A DNA stretch of 64,000 bases from an uncultured Clostridia bacterium (GTDB taxonomy: Bacteria; Bacillota; Clostridia; TANB77; CAG-465): assembly GCA_947628005.1 (NCBI GenBank), contig CANQYI010000001.1, forward strand, positions 193,110 to 257,109. Direction: 5' to 3'. Shown piece by piece: positions 33,677-45,300 of this stretch. The position numbers were made by a program, and so were the translations under genes. Below the pieces are notes generated by a model that worked only from the letters and a program-made list of their open reading frames with translations, did not search any database and had not been told where the DNA came from. Position 1 is the stretch's first letter, and every line of letters begins with the position of its first letter.

Positions 33677-34567
33677 CTATACTTTTAAATATTTTCTTAT
33701 TGAAACGCTACTTCCAAATACTCCTATAAATAATCCTAGTACAATATAAGCTATCAAAATTATATACCACAAACTTGTATATGGTACGAATCCAAACACT
33801 CCTAGTGAAGATCCAACTTGTGGTAATTTAGAATAAGCCACAACATAACCTATTGATATTAACATGAATGATATAGCAGCAGATAAGACTCCCATTATAG
33901 CTCCCTCTAATATAAATGGAGTTTTTATAAATCTATTTGTTGCTCCTATGTATCTCATTATTAATATTTCTCTCTTATTAGAGTATACTGCTAATTTAAT
34001 TGTATTAGATATTATGAATACACTTATAACTAACATTACAGCACCTACTACAAGTAAGAATATATTAACAACCTTAGAAATTGATGAAACTGCATCAATA
34101 GTCGTAGAATTATATTTTACCTTATAGATACCATCTATTTTTTCAACTGCCTCTCTTACAGATTCGCTCTTTTCAATATCAGAAAATTTTACTACAAATG
34201 AAGCAGGGAATATCTGTAATTTATCAAGGCCCTCTAAGAAATATTCTTGATCTTTAAATTGTTCTTTAGCATCTTCAAATGCACTTTCTTTGTCAAGATA
34301 TGTTATTTCTTTTACACCAGGAATATTATTTATCTCATCCCTCATATAATCTATTTCATCGTCTGTTGCAGAATCTTCTATAAATGCCTGAAGTCCTTGT
34401 TCTTGTCTCATCGTTGCAACATTTACATTTACATTTTGGAAAAGAATAATAAATACACCTAAAATTGTCATAGTTGCGCATATTATCAGCATAGTAGAAA
34501 AAGTCTTTGAAGAGTGTTTTCTTAAATTATCATACCCTTCTTTTACTAAATACATCTTTGTTCCCAT
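33677..34567 (-). CDS. ftsX: cell division permease FtsX
   Basis: FtsX topology and conserved N-terminal region. Downstream of ftsE. Confidence 0.85.
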   Translation of the reverse strand: MGTKMYLVKEGYDNLRKHSSKTFSTMLIICATMTILGVFIILFQNVNVNVATMRQEQGLQAFIEDSATDDEIDYMRDEINNIPGVKEITYLDKESAFEDAKEQFKDQEYFLEGLDKLQIFPASFVVKFSDIEKSESVREAVEKIDGIYKVKYNSTTIDAVSSISKVVNIFLLVVGAVMLVISVFIISNTIKLAVYSNKREILIMRYIGATNRFIKTPFILEGAIMGVLSAAISFMLISIGYVVAYSKLPQVGSSLGVFGFVPYTSLWYIILIAYIVLGLFIGVFGSSVSIRKYLKV

Positions 34568-34569
34568 CT

Positions 34570-35244
34570 TTAGTATCCTCCTTGCATGTCGTCTTTAATT
34601 ATTTTTCCTTCTTTTAATGCTATTACTCTCTTATTCATTTTATCAACGACATCCTTTGCGTGAGTAACTACTATTACAGTAGTTCCTCTAGAATTTATCT
34701 CTTCTAAAGTTTTAAATATACCTTCAGCTGTTACAGGATCTAAGTTACCTGTTGGTTCATCAGCAATTATTATTGGTGGTTTTGTTGCAATCGCTCTTGC
34801 CAATGCAACTCTTTGTTGTTCACCACCTGATAATTGATTTGGATAAAAATTTTCTTTTCCTTTTAATCCAACCATTTCTAAAGATGTTTGTAGTTGATTT
34901 TTTATTTCTCTTTCTGAAGCTTCTACAACTCTTAAAGCAAAAATTATATTTTCTGCTACTGTTCTGTCATATAGAAGTCTAAAATCCTGGAATACAAAAC
35001 CAAATTTTCTTCTTAAAAATGGAATTTCTTTCTTCTTAATTTTTGTTATATCTTTAGAATCAATTAATATCTTTCCACTAGTTGCCTCTTCTTCTTTTAT
35101 CATTAATTTTAAAAATGTTGTTTTTCCTGAGCCAGATGGTCCAACTAGAAAAACAAATTCACCCTTTTCAATCTTTAAATTAATATTTTCTAGAGCAGTT
35201 ACTTCATGATTATACTTTTTACTTACATTTACAAATTCTATCAT
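34570..35244 (-). CDS. ftsE: cell division ATP-binding protein FtsE
   Basis: ABC ATPase motifs (GPSGSGKTT, LSGGEQQRVALARA, Walker B IIADEPTGNLD). FtsE-length. Confidence 0.88.
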   Translation of the reverse strand: MIEFVNVSKKYNHEVTALENINLKIEKGEFVFLVGPSGSGKTTFLKLMIKEEEATSGKILIDSKDITKIKKKEIPFLRRKFGFVFQDFRLLYDRTVAENIIFALRVVEASEREIKNQLQTSLEMVGLKGKENFYPNQLSGGEQQRVALARAIATKPPIIIADEPTGNLDPVTAEGIFKTLEEINSRGTTVIVVTHAKDVVDKMNKRVIALKEGKIIKDDMQGGY

Positions 35245-35344
35245 ATGTTTTTTCCTTTCAGATGAATGATCATCTCTTCTTATATTTCAAAATATATCAC
35301 AAACGACAAAAATTGTCTATATTTTTTGTGCTTTTGTTATTTTT

Positions 35345-35929
35345 TTACATTTCTTTTAATACTTTCTTTATTATATCTTCTACTTTATCTTCTGTAATTT
35401 CAATTGTATTTATAACATCTTTTATATGTTTTTCAGAATAACCTAAAACTTGCAATGCTGTTATAGCATCATTTATATTATCATTATTTGCAATTTTTAC
35501 ATTCTGTTTTACCTTATCTTCTATTTGTTCATTTAGAACTTTATCTTTTAATTCGAAAATTATTTTTTGAGCCATTTTAGGACCTATTCCAGGTATACTC
35601 TTTAAGCATAAAAGATTTTCTGTTGCTATAGCTATGCACATATCACTAACTGATATATTTGATATTATTCCTAAAGCTACTTTTGGTCCTACACCACTTA
35701 CACTTATAAGTTTCCTGAAGAAATTTCTTGACTCCCTTGATAAAAATCCAAAAAGCCTCATATCATCTTCTCTTACTTGTAGATGTGTAAATATTTTATA
35801 TTTTTCTCCTACATTCAATTTATCAATATCGCTTGTTGGCATATATATTTCATAACTTACATCATTAACATTTATTTCTATTTTTTCTTTTTCTATTACT
35901 TCAACATTTCCATAAAAACTTGAGTACAT
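35345..35929 (-). CDS. ruvA: Holliday junction branch migration protein RuvA
   Basis: OB-fold N-terminus, HhH motifs (SVSGVGPKVALGIISN, SIPGIGPKMAQKII) and a C-terminal domain. Start taken at MYSSFYGNV. Confidence 0.85.
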   Translation of the reverse strand: MYSSFYGNVEVIEKEKIEINVNDVSYEIYMPTSDIDKLNVGEKYKIFTHLQVREDDMRLFGFLSRESRNFFRKLISVSGVGPKVALGIISNISVSDMCIAIATENLLCLKSIPGIGPKMAQKIIFELKDKVLNEQIEDKVKQNVKIANNDNINDAITALQVLGYSEKHIKDVINTIEITEDKVEDIIKKVLKEM

Positions 35930-36012
35930 CATATCACCTCTCATTTATTTTATATGAAAAGGCGATATATGTCAAATATTAAATAACAATAAAAGGGCAA
36001 TTTTACTTGCCC

Positions 36013-36261
36013 TTAACTTGATTTCTTTAAATAGTATGTAGAAACTGTTTTCTTTATTGCTTCTTCTAATTTTTCATCATAATCATCTGCACTAACTATT
36101 ATATCAATAGATTTTCCCTGTTTATCTTTAATATTAATAATTTTATAATACAATTTTCTTTCCGTTCTATAAGAAAATATTTGAAACACAGTAATTAATA
36201 TTCCCGTAACTGCAATTAATAATATTAATATCTCACCAAATAGTTGTTGCATAATCATCAC
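36013..36261 (-). CDS. small membrane protein (one N-terminal TM), unknown function
   Basis: ORF with a TM helix ILILLIAVTGILITVF. Confidence 0.4.
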   Translation of the reverse strand: MMIMQQLFGEILILLIAVTGILITVFQIFSYRTERKLYYKIINIKDKQGKSIDIIVSADDYDEKLEEAIKKTVSTYYLKKSS

Positions 36262-36286
36262 CTATTAATATTATATTAACTTCACT

Positions 36287-37537
36287 TTACTTTGTTAATT
36301 CTGAAACTGTTTTTCCACATAGATCTGACTTATTATATTCATCCGGTTCAAGTCCAAGTCTTGTTTTCATGAATACTAAAACTACTGACATTAAGACACA
36401 CATTATTGCACCTGATAAAATACATGTAAACGTAGTTCCTATATTATCAACTATCATACCACTTATAAATAATAATATTGATTTACCAAGGCCTTCAAAA
36501 ATATAAAATATCGCTAAAATTTTTCCCCTTACACTTGATGTAGTAAAATTGTTTAAGTATTTTTTAATAGAAATTCTATATATTCCCTGTGATAAATTAA
36601 GTATGCATAATATTATAATTGATAGTAGTAATTTAGTGCCTATACTTTCTATACCATAATTTAAGATACCTACAATTAAAATTCCTAAAGTAAGACTAAG
36701 AGCAATTACTGTAAGCGTCTTTTTTTTAGTTGTTTTTTCTATTTTATCTTGAGTTCTTGAGCCTATACCAACACAAAGTGTAAAAGCAGACAAAATTATA
36801 GCATATATCGTTGGAGATACATCAAGTTCAACTATTACACTTTTTTGTAAAGTTTTTACAACCTCTATAAAGCCTGTTATAAAAAAGGCATATATAAAAA
36901 TTGAAATTAATCTTTGACTTTTTAAAACTTTTTTAAATTCTCTAAGATAAGATTTTAATCCAGAGTAGTCATCTTCTAAATTTACTTCTACATTTTCAAA
37001 TTGAGTTGACATTAAGAATGAAATTGTCAAACACGCTAATGTTAAAATGATTGGTATATAGTTATTAACTGTGAAGAAATATCCTATAAATAAAGAAGTA
37101 ATTCCTTCAAAGAAATAATATCTTGAAACTCCTTTTCCTTCTACCTTAGCATATTTAGATGTTGTTCCATTTTTCTTCAAAATTGCATATAGCCACTGAG
37201 TCTCTGTAAGTCCTTTTAAAGCAAATCCTAAAGCACAAAACATTTCTGCTATTGCTAAAAAAATAAATTTCTTTAAAAAGATGTAAATTACACAGTGTAC
37301 CATACAAAGTAAGTTTCCTATTACCATCGATTTCTTTATTCCAATGCTTTCAACTAAATAATTTGATGGTATCTGAAATATTGCAAAAAACACGGCATAT
37401 ATGGAACATAAATACATATATTCGCCTACAGACATGCCTTTCGTAATAGTAACAAATAGAAACATTATTGTGCTATAAAATAAATAATCATAACCAAACA
37501 TTCTATATGTTTTATAAAATTTTTCTCTGTTTAGCAT
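36287..37537 (-). CDS. MFS transporter
   Basis: About 12 predicted TM helices in two halves. No substrate assignable. Confidence 0.65.
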   Translation of the reverse strand: MLNREKFYKTYRMFGYDYLFYSTIMFLFVTITKGMSVGEYMYLCSIYAVFFAIFQIPSNYLVESIGIKKSMVIGNLLCMVHCVIYIFLKKFIFLAIAEMFCALGFALKGLTETQWLYAILKKNGTTSKYAKVEGKGVSRYYFFEGITSLFIGYFFTVNNYIPIILTLACLTISFLMSTQFENVEVNLEDDYSGLKSYLREFKKVLKSQRLISIFIYAFFITGFIEVVKTLQKSVIVELDVSPTIYAIILSAFTLCVGIGSRTQDKIEKTTKKKTLTVIALSLTLGILIVGILNYGIESIGTKLLLSIIILCILNLSQGIYRISIKKYLNNFTTSSVRGKILAIFYIFEGLGKSILLFISGMIVDNIGTTFTCILSGAIMCVLMSVVLVFMKTRLGLEPDEYNKSDLCGKTVSELTK

Positions 37538-37624
37538 ACGTTCACCTTAAGCTAATTATATATTATATTTATTTTTAAATCAACTATTTATCAGTTTAAA
37601 ATAAATAAAGCAGCTAAAGCTGCT

Positions 37625-38089
37625 TTATTTCTCTATAATTTTAATTATAACCTTTCCTAAGGCCATACTAACTATGCTTTCAATTTCTAACACTTTATTA
37701 GTATTATTTTTAAATATAAAATCTAATTCATTCCAAGAAATTGCTGCTTCGTCATCCCTTTTAGCGTAATACACTGGAATAGAATGTGGATGTACTTCAA
37801 CTATTTCTAGACCAATCTTTTTTATGGCCATATATAAAGTTGTAGAAACTTGACAAATTCCTCCTCCCACAGTTTCCACAATTTTTTTATTATCAATTGA
37901 TTCTGCCTCTTTATAACCTTTTTCTTTCGTCCTTTCACCAACTATTTCATTAAATGAAAAAGTTTCTCCTGGATGTAGCACTACTCCATTTATTGCATTT
38001 GAAGCAAGTTTTATATTATTATTTCTTGCAAAATCAAATCTATTAAAATTAGTAGTAGCTCTTGAGATAATATTACTAAATTTACTCAC
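37625..38089 (-). CDS. VanW-domain protein (short, core domain only)
   Basis: …GVVLHPGETFSFNEIVGERTKEKGYKEA…GGGICQVSTTLYMAIKKIGLEIVEVHPHS… matches the VanW core. Lacks the usual N-terminal extension. Confidence 0.6.
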   Translation of the reverse strand: MSKFSNIISRATTNFNRFDFARNNNIKLASNAINGVVLHPGETFSFNEIVGERTKEKGYKEAESIDNKKIVETVGGGICQVSTTLYMAIKKIGLEIVEVHPHSIPVYYAKRDDEAAISWNELDFIFKNNTNKVLEIESIVSMALGKVIIKIIEK

Positions 38090-38186
38090 CTCCTAATTTT
38101 TATTCTATACTATATTATATTAATCTACTAAATAAATAATACTAAGAAAAAATAGTGATCATTTTACTAACCACTATTTTTAATAT

Positions 38187-38471
38187 TCATTGTTCATTTG
38201 GTAAATAAATTAGTTCACCTTCTGTACCTTTTTTAGCAGACTCCCAAGAAATACGAGTAAAAGGACAAGTTTCTTCATTTTCATCTATTGAAATGTATAC
38301 TGTATAACCTTTTTTTATAAGTTTTTTAGCAATTTTTTCATCAATTTTATACTGTTCTAATCTTAAAGTTTCGCATTCATAAATAGAAGAAATTAAGATT
38401 AACTGCATTATGGTGCTATATATGTCTTTTGCCTGCCGACTAGATAATTCCTTTACTTTGTAAGCTTTCAT
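38187..38471 (-). CDS. hypothetical small protein (94 aa)
   Basis: ORF only. No recognisable domain. Confidence 0.35.
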   Translation of the reverse strand: MKAYKVKELSSRQAKDIYSTIMQLILISSIYECETLRLEQYKIDEKIAKKLIKKGYTVYISIDENEETCPFTRISWESAKKGTEGELIYLPNEQ

Positions 38472-38576
38472 GATACAATTCCTCCTTGATATTTATTTTA
38501 GAGCTTACCTAAATTACTTAAATTATCTAGATTATAACATACATTTAACTAATTATCAATACTAAACTAAGCAAAT

Positions 38577-40451
38577 TTATTCAAGTTCAAAAGCTCCAGT
38601 ATACAATCTATAATATTGACCTTTATTTTTTATCAAATCTTCATGTGTACCACGTTCTATAATTTTACCATGATCTAGAACCATAATAGCTTTTGCATTT
38701 CTTACGGTAGATAATCTATGTGCTATAACAAATACAGTTCTTCCTTCCATAAGTTTATCCATTCCGTCTTGTACTATTTTTTCTGTTCGAGTATCAATGC
38801 TAGAAGTAGCCTCATCAAGTATCATTACTGGTGGATTAGAAAGTGCACATCTTGCTATAGCTAGAAGTTGCCTTTGTCCCTGAGAAAGACTTGCTCCATC
38901 TCCAGATATTTGTGTATCATACCCATTTGGAAGTCTCTTTATGAAATTATGTGCATTAGCAAGTTTCGCAGCTTCTATTACTTCCTCATCTGTTGCATCA
39001 TCTTTTCCATACTTTATATTTTCTTTAATTGTACCTGTAAATAGATTTGTGTCCTGCAAAACCATTCCAAGAGACAGCCTTAAATCATCTTTTCTAATTT
39101 TATTTATATTTATTCCGTCATATCTTATTTTACCATCTTCTATATCATAAAAACGATTTATTAAATTTGTAATGGTTGTCTTTCCTGCACCAGTTGCACC
39201 AACAAATGCAATCTTTTGTCCAGGCTTTGCATACAAAGAAATATTGTGAAGTACATTTTTACCTTCTTCATATGCAAAATCTACATCATCAAACTCAATA
39301 TTTCCCTCTAATTTTATATATTCTACTCTGCCATCAGAATGCTTATGTTTCCATGCCCATTTATTTGTTTCTTCCTGTACTTCTACAAGTTTTCCATCTT
39401 CTTCTTTTACATTTACTAAAATTACATATCCATTATCTTTTTCAGGCTCTTCATCCATGAATTCAAATATTCTCTTTGCTCCTGCTACTGCCATAACAAC
39501 TGCATTTAACTGTCTAGATATTTGATTTATTGGCCTTATAAACGTTTTACTAAGCTGTAAAAATGCTACAATCATTCCTACACTAACATTTCCAATACCA
39601 TTTATTGCAAGGAGTCCACCAACCATTGCTACTATTGCATAAAGTGTATTTCCAAGATTTCCATTAACAGGGCCTATTGAATTTACAAATTTATTTGCAT
39701 GATACATATTTTTAGATAGTTCTTCGTTTAATTTATCAAATTTTTCTTTTGCTCTTTCCTCATAGCAAAAAACTTTTACTACTTTTTGGCCATTTATCAT
39801 TTCTTCAATGTATCCATTAAGTTTACCAACAGATTCTTGTTGTTTTACAAAATATTTTCCACTGTTTGAGGTCATAAATTTGGTAACTACAAGTATTATT
39901 ACAAGAAATGCCAATACAACAAGGGTTAAATATATATTTGTAAGTAGCATAGCAATAAATATAACTACAATTGTTGTTACAACTGAAAACAATTGAGGTA
40001 TTGTCTGAGAAATCATTTGACTTAAAGCATCTGTATCATTTGTATACCTACTCATAATATCTCCATGAGAATGAGTATCAAAATATTTTATTGGCAATCT
40101 TTGCATTTTACAAAACATTTCATCACGTATTTTCTTTAATGTGCCTTCTGTAACTTTTACCATAAGTCTACTAGATAAAAATTCTGCTATAGTTGCGACT
40201 AAATATATTGAGCCCATTGTAAGTATTGCTTTTATAAGTCCAGTATAAACTGGGTTTTTATTTCCTACAAGTGGAATAATGTAATCATCTATTAAAGTTT
40301 GTAAATAAAGATTTGCTCCAACAGATGCAATTGTACTCATTAAGAGACAAAAAATAACAAAAAATATTCTTAACTTATAATTTTTAGTAAGATATTTCAT
40401 TACACGTGCTAGTACTTTAAAATCTATTTTTGCCTTCTTGTGCTTTTCCAT
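38577..40451 (-). CDS. ABC transporter permease/ATP-binding protein (type I exporter half-transporter, subunit B)
   Basis: Six-TM N-terminal domain plus a C-terminal NBD (GATGAGKTT, LSQGQRQLLAIARC, ILDEATSSID). Confidence 0.85.
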   Translation of the reverse strand: MEKHKKAKIDFKVLARVMKYLTKNYKLRIFFVIFCLLMSTIASVGANLYLQTLIDDYIIPLVGNKNPVYTGLIKAILTMGSIYLVATIAEFLSSRLMVKVTEGTLKKIRDEMFCKMQRLPIKYFDTHSHGDIMSRYTNDTDALSQMISQTIPQLFSVVTTIVVIFIAMLLTNIYLTLVVLAFLVIILVVTKFMTSNSGKYFVKQQESVGKLNGYIEEMINGQKVVKVFCYEERAKEKFDKLNEELSKNMYHANKFVNSIGPVNGNLGNTLYAIVAMVGGLLAINGIGNVSVGMIVAFLQLSKTFIRPINQISRQLNAVVMAVAGAKRIFEFMDEEPEKDNGYVILVNVKEEDGKLVEVQEETNKWAWKHKHSDGRVEYIKLEGNIEFDDVDFAYEEGKNVLHNISLYAKPGQKIAFVGATGAGKTTITNLINRFYDIEDGKIRYDGININKIRKDDLRLSLGMVLQDTNLFTGTIKENIKYGKDDATDEEVIEAAKLANAHNFIKRLPNGYDTQISGDGASLSQGQRQLLAIARCALSNPPVMILDEATSSIDTRTEKIVQDGMDKLMEGRTVFVIAHRLSTVRNAKAIMVLDHGKIIERGTHEDLIKNKGQYYRLYTGAFELE

Positions 40452-42178
40452 TATTCTTTGCCTCCTTTCACTTGTGACTCATACACATCTCTATATATTT
40501 CATTATTTTTCAATAATTCTTCATGCGTTCCTATACCATCAATTTTACCATTATCCATAACAACTATTTTATCTGCATCCTGTACAGAAGAAATTCTTTG
40601 TGCAATTATAATTTTTGTAGTATCTGGTATACTTTCAGCGAAGGCTTTTCTAATAAGGCTATCTGTTTTTGTATCTACTGCACTTGTAGAATCGTCCAAA
40701 ATTAAAATTTTAGGTTTTTTAAGTAAAGCTCTCGCTATACAAAGTCTTTGCTTTTGACCTCCAGATACATTAGTTCCTCCCTGTTCAATGAAGGTATCAT
40801 ATCCGTCTTGAAAATCTCTTATAAATTCATCTGCTTGTGCTAATTTACATGCCTGTATCATTTCTTCATCTGTTGCATTTTCATTTCCCCAACGCAAATT
40901 TTCTTTTATAGTTCCAGAGAATAATTCATTTTTTTGAAGTACCATAGATACTTGATCTCTTAAAGATTTAATATCATAATCTCTAACATCAATACCACCA
41001 ACTTTTACGCTTCCGCTTGTTACATCATAAAGTCTTGGTATAAGTTGAACTATTGTTGACTTTGAAGATCCTGTTCCACCAATAATTCCTATCGTTTGAC
41101 CTGATTTTATACTTAAATTTATATCTTTTAGACATAATTTATTTTCGTCATTTACATAGCTAAAATTAACATTATCAAATTCAATTGAGCCATCTTTTAC
41201 ATCTTTTATAGCATTTTTCTTACTTACTAAATCACTCTTTTCATCCATTAATTCTACTATTCTTTCGCCTGATGCCCTAGAAATCATAATTGTAACTAAT
41301 ACCATTGATAACATCATTAAGGACATTAAAATTTGTATAGTATAAGAAATTAAACTTGTAAATTCTCCTGTTGTTAAATTTCCTAAAACTATTTCCTTTC
41401 CACCAAACCAAGAAATTAACACTATTATAGTTGCAACAGTAAATTGCATAAGTGGGTTATTTAGTGCAACTATTCTTTCTGCCTTAGAAAATTCTTTGTA
41501 AATTTTTTCTGAGGTTTCATTAAACTTTTCTATTTCTTTTTCTTCAGTTACAAAAGACTTTACAACTCTTATTCCTCTGACATTTTCCTCTACTGTATTA
41601 TTTAATTTATCATATATTTTTATTGCTCTTTCAAATATTGGATGTGCTTTCGTAGCTATAAGATATAATCCAAGTCCTAAAAGTGGCACTGCAACTAAGA
41701 ATATTAATGCAAGTTTTATATTAATTACAAATGCCATAATAAGAGAAAATATTATCATAAGTGGAGCTCTTACAGCCATTCTTATTATCATCTGAAAAGC
41801 AAGCTGAACATTATTTATATCTGTTGTATGCCTTGTTACTATACTTGATGTTGAAAATTTATCTATATTTGAAAAAGAAAAATCTTGTACATTATAATAA
41901 ATTCTCTTTCTTAAATTTTTAGCAAATCCACTTGTAGCTTTTGCAGCATAATCTCCTGATTTTACTCCAGTAAATATAGCTAAAAATGAACATATTACAA
42001 GTAAAATTCCAAATATGATAATTATTTTGCTATTAGATGCATTTATTCCATAATCAATTAAATATGCCATAAGAAATGGAATAATTACATCAAATGAGCA
42101 TTCTATTCCAACAAAAATTGGAGTCAGTATAGTCTCTTTTTTATACTTTCCAATACAACTAGCTAACTTTTTTATCAT
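40451..42178 (-). CDS. ABC transporter permease/ATP-binding protein (type I exporter half-transporter, subunit A)
   Basis: TMD plus NBD (GGTGSSKST, VSGGQKQRLCIARA, ILDDSTSAVD). Start overlaps the partner gene's stop by 1 nt, consistent with a heterodimeric exporter. Confidence 0.85.
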   Translation of the reverse strand: MIKKLASCIGKYKKETILTPIFVGIECSFDVIIPFLMAYLIDYGINASNSKIIIIFGILLVICSFLAIFTGVKSGDYAAKATSGFAKNLRKRIYYNVQDFSFSNIDKFSTSSIVTRHTTDINNVQLAFQMIIRMAVRAPLMIIFSLIMAFVINIKLALIFLVAVPLLGLGLYLIATKAHPIFERAIKIYDKLNNTVEENVRGIRVVKSFVTEEKEIEKFNETSEKIYKEFSKAERIVALNNPLMQFTVATIIVLISWFGGKEIVLGNLTTGEFTSLISYTIQILMSLMMLSMVLVTIMISRASGERIVELMDEKSDLVSKKNAIKDVKDGSIEFDNVNFSYVNDENKLCLKDINLSIKSGQTIGIIGGTGSSKSTIVQLIPRLYDVTSGSVKVGGIDVRDYDIKSLRDQVSMVLQKNELFSGTIKENLRWGNENATDEEMIQACKLAQADEFIRDFQDGYDTFIEQGGTNVSGGQKQRLCIARALLKKPKILILDDSTSAVDTKTDSLIRKAFAESIPDTTKIIIAQRISSVQDADKIVVMDNGKIDGIGTHEELLKNNEIYRDVYESQVKGGKE

Positions 42179-42328
42179 TGTTACCTCCCAAATGTTATTA
42201 GTGTTTTAAGCATTGTAAATTATACCATAAATTTATATTGTTATCAATAAATCAATTTTACTATTACCTTTTAGTAAAGTAAAATATAGAGATTAGCTTT
42301 AATTTCTAATCTCTATATCTTATAAATT

Positions 42329-45300
42329 TTATATATTTTTCTTTTTATATATAATCATTGATGCGGCCATAGCTATAATACATACAATCATAATTATAAT
42401 ATAATTTAATATATTATCTCCCGTATTTGGATTTTGAATATTTTGGTCTTCATCAACTTTATTATCTTCAGCATTAGATATTTCCTTATATACAGGTTTT
42501 ACCGTTAAATTTTCAAATATCTGAGTTTCTAGTGTAAGTTTTTCATCAGTATCCACAATTTCAAAATCTGAAAATTCTTTTTCACCTTTAAATTTATTTT
42601 TTATTTCTTCTAATTTTTCTTTTTCCTCTGAAGACAAATCATTTAAAGTTTTTCCTTCTTCCACAGTTAATGTCTGCTCTCCGTCCTCTGTTACTACTGT
42701 AATTACGACATTATATTTTGGAGTAAGTATAATATTTTCATTAAGTATTGTATAAAAATCTACTTCATTTCCAAGTTCATCAACAAATTTTTCCGCAAAC
42801 ACTTTATTTTCAGCACTTACAAAAGAATTTAAAGTATCCATTTGGTCTTCTGTAAGTCTATGTAATACAAAATCTTCTGGAACATCAAAAGATACTGTAG
42901 TCTCATCTAATTTTTTTATAGTTACATTAATATTATATTTTGGTATAATTACTATATTTTCAGTTAAAACTTTTTCCTCTGAAATATCTTGATTTTCTTC
43001 ATCTACGTATCTATCAAATTGTTTATTTTTTACTCCACTTTCGAATTGCTCTAACTTATTAGCCATACCTTTTAAAGTTGAGCCTTCTTCTACCTTTATA
43101 TCTTCGTAAGTTCCGTCATCTTTTTGAACTTTTACATGTATATCATATTTTGGTATTATTGTTACATGTTCACTAAAAGTACTTGCTACATCTATTAAAT
43201 TACCGTCTAAATCATAATAGCCTTTAAAATCTTTATTTGTTTTTTCTTCAAATTGTTGTCTTAATGTTTCTTCTAAAGCAGATAAACTTGAGCCTTCTAG
43301 CATCTCTAATTCAACTTGACTATCATATTGTGGTTTAACTGTTACAGTTATTTTATATACAGGTGTTAAAGTTGTTCTCTTTGCTATAGAAGTTGTAAAA
43401 TCTACTTTATTTCCTTCACTATCAATAAAATAAGCTAAATCCTTATTATCTTTTTTTACTAAATCTTTAATTTCATTTTGTGTTGATTCATCTAAAGAAT
43501 TTAGGTTTTCTCCTTCATTTAAAATGTAATTTTCAGTCTTATTTGTACCATTTATTGTTACAGTAATAGTTTGATTATATATTGGTATAAATTGAGTACT
43601 CTCATTTATTGGTTCATCATAATCTACTATTTTACCATTATCATTTATAAAATGTTCAAAATTTACACTTTCAGTAATAAACTCTTCTATTTGATTTATT
43701 ACATCTGCGCCTAAACTTCTTAAAGTTTGACCTTCTTTTAAAGTAAATTTCTTCTCTGTTTTATCAAGTTTTACAACTGTTACTACGACATTATATTTTG
43801 GAGTAAGTTCAGTATTTTCAAATATTTTTGTAGAATAATCTACAATTTCATTTTCTGAATTTTCAAATTCATTTCTGAAAACTTTTTTGTCAACACTAAC
43901 TTCTGACTCTAATTTTTCTTTTTGACTAGAAGATAAGTCATTTAAAGTTTTGCCCTCTTCTAATTCAAATGTCTCTTTTCCAACTTTTACACTTACATTA
44001 TAAATAGGAGTTATTTCAATATCTTCATTTACAACTGTATTTTTAGTTATGTTTTCGTCTTCATTATTAACATTTACAAATTTTGCAAATGTTTTATTAG
44101 TAACTTTTTCATATTTTGCTAAAGATTCAGATAAATCTGCTAAAAAGCTACCATTTTCTAATTCAAATTCTTCACTACTTTCATTGTAAGTAACCTTTAC
44201 TTTTACAGTATATTTAGGTATTATTGTAGTTTCTTCAATTATTATTGTATCATCTTTTACATCAGATCCATTTTGATCTACAAATCTTATGAATCTATCA
44301 TTCTTTCTAATATTATCAATTACTTCTTTAAGTGATGGATCTTTACTTAATGCATCAGAAAAAGAAATTCCTTTAATTACCTCATAACATGTATCATTAA
44401 CATATAGATTTACTTTCTCTTTTGATACTGGGTATAAGTCCATATTTTGAGTTACTGTTTCTTTAGTGTCAAATTCTAATGTATCACCAGCAATCTTTTC
44501 AAACCATGAATAGTCATCATCTTGTGTTTCTGGAAGTTCTTCAATTCCATCAACTAATCCGCCTTTATCATATACTTTTATTGTACAATTTCCATCTTTA
44601 TCAAAAATTCCAATTACTGCATAATTGCTGTTTACATTATATTTTGATTCAATAGTATTTGGATTTACTTTAACGCTACTTTCTAAATATATCAAATTAT
44701 TATTATCTTCTCTGTTATTTGCTCCAAAATTGAATATACTACTTCCAGTTCCGCCAAAGTAATCATCTATAGTTGTGTTCCCTGTAATTCTTATATTAGT
44801 ATTATTACTTACACTTTCTCCATCAAATGAAATTAAATATGTAGGCTCTTCACCTTTTGAATCGTTACCTTCAATTGTACAATTATCTATAGTTAATTTT
44901 AAATTGTTTTGTCTAATTATTGATATTGCTTCATCTTCAAAGAAATATGATGAACGTCCTTCTATAGTTGTACCATTACATAGATTAAGTTCATTGTTGC
45001 TACCGTTTGCTAGTCTAATTGCCATTGTACATAAAATTTTGGAATTATCAAAAGTTAATTTATTATTTGATGACTCTACATTTATACCATCATAAAGTGA
45101 GCAAAAAGTTGTATTTTTAGCATTTACAACTGTTCCATCTGCACCCTTTTGTATATTTAATGATGTTGTTTCATGAGTTTGACTTAATGTTCTACCAATA
45201 TGAAAAATTTCTACATTATTGAAAGTTAAATTTACTGGTTTTTGTATATCGTAAAAAATATGTCCATCTTTTGGCTGTTGATTATCACTTGAAAATCCTT

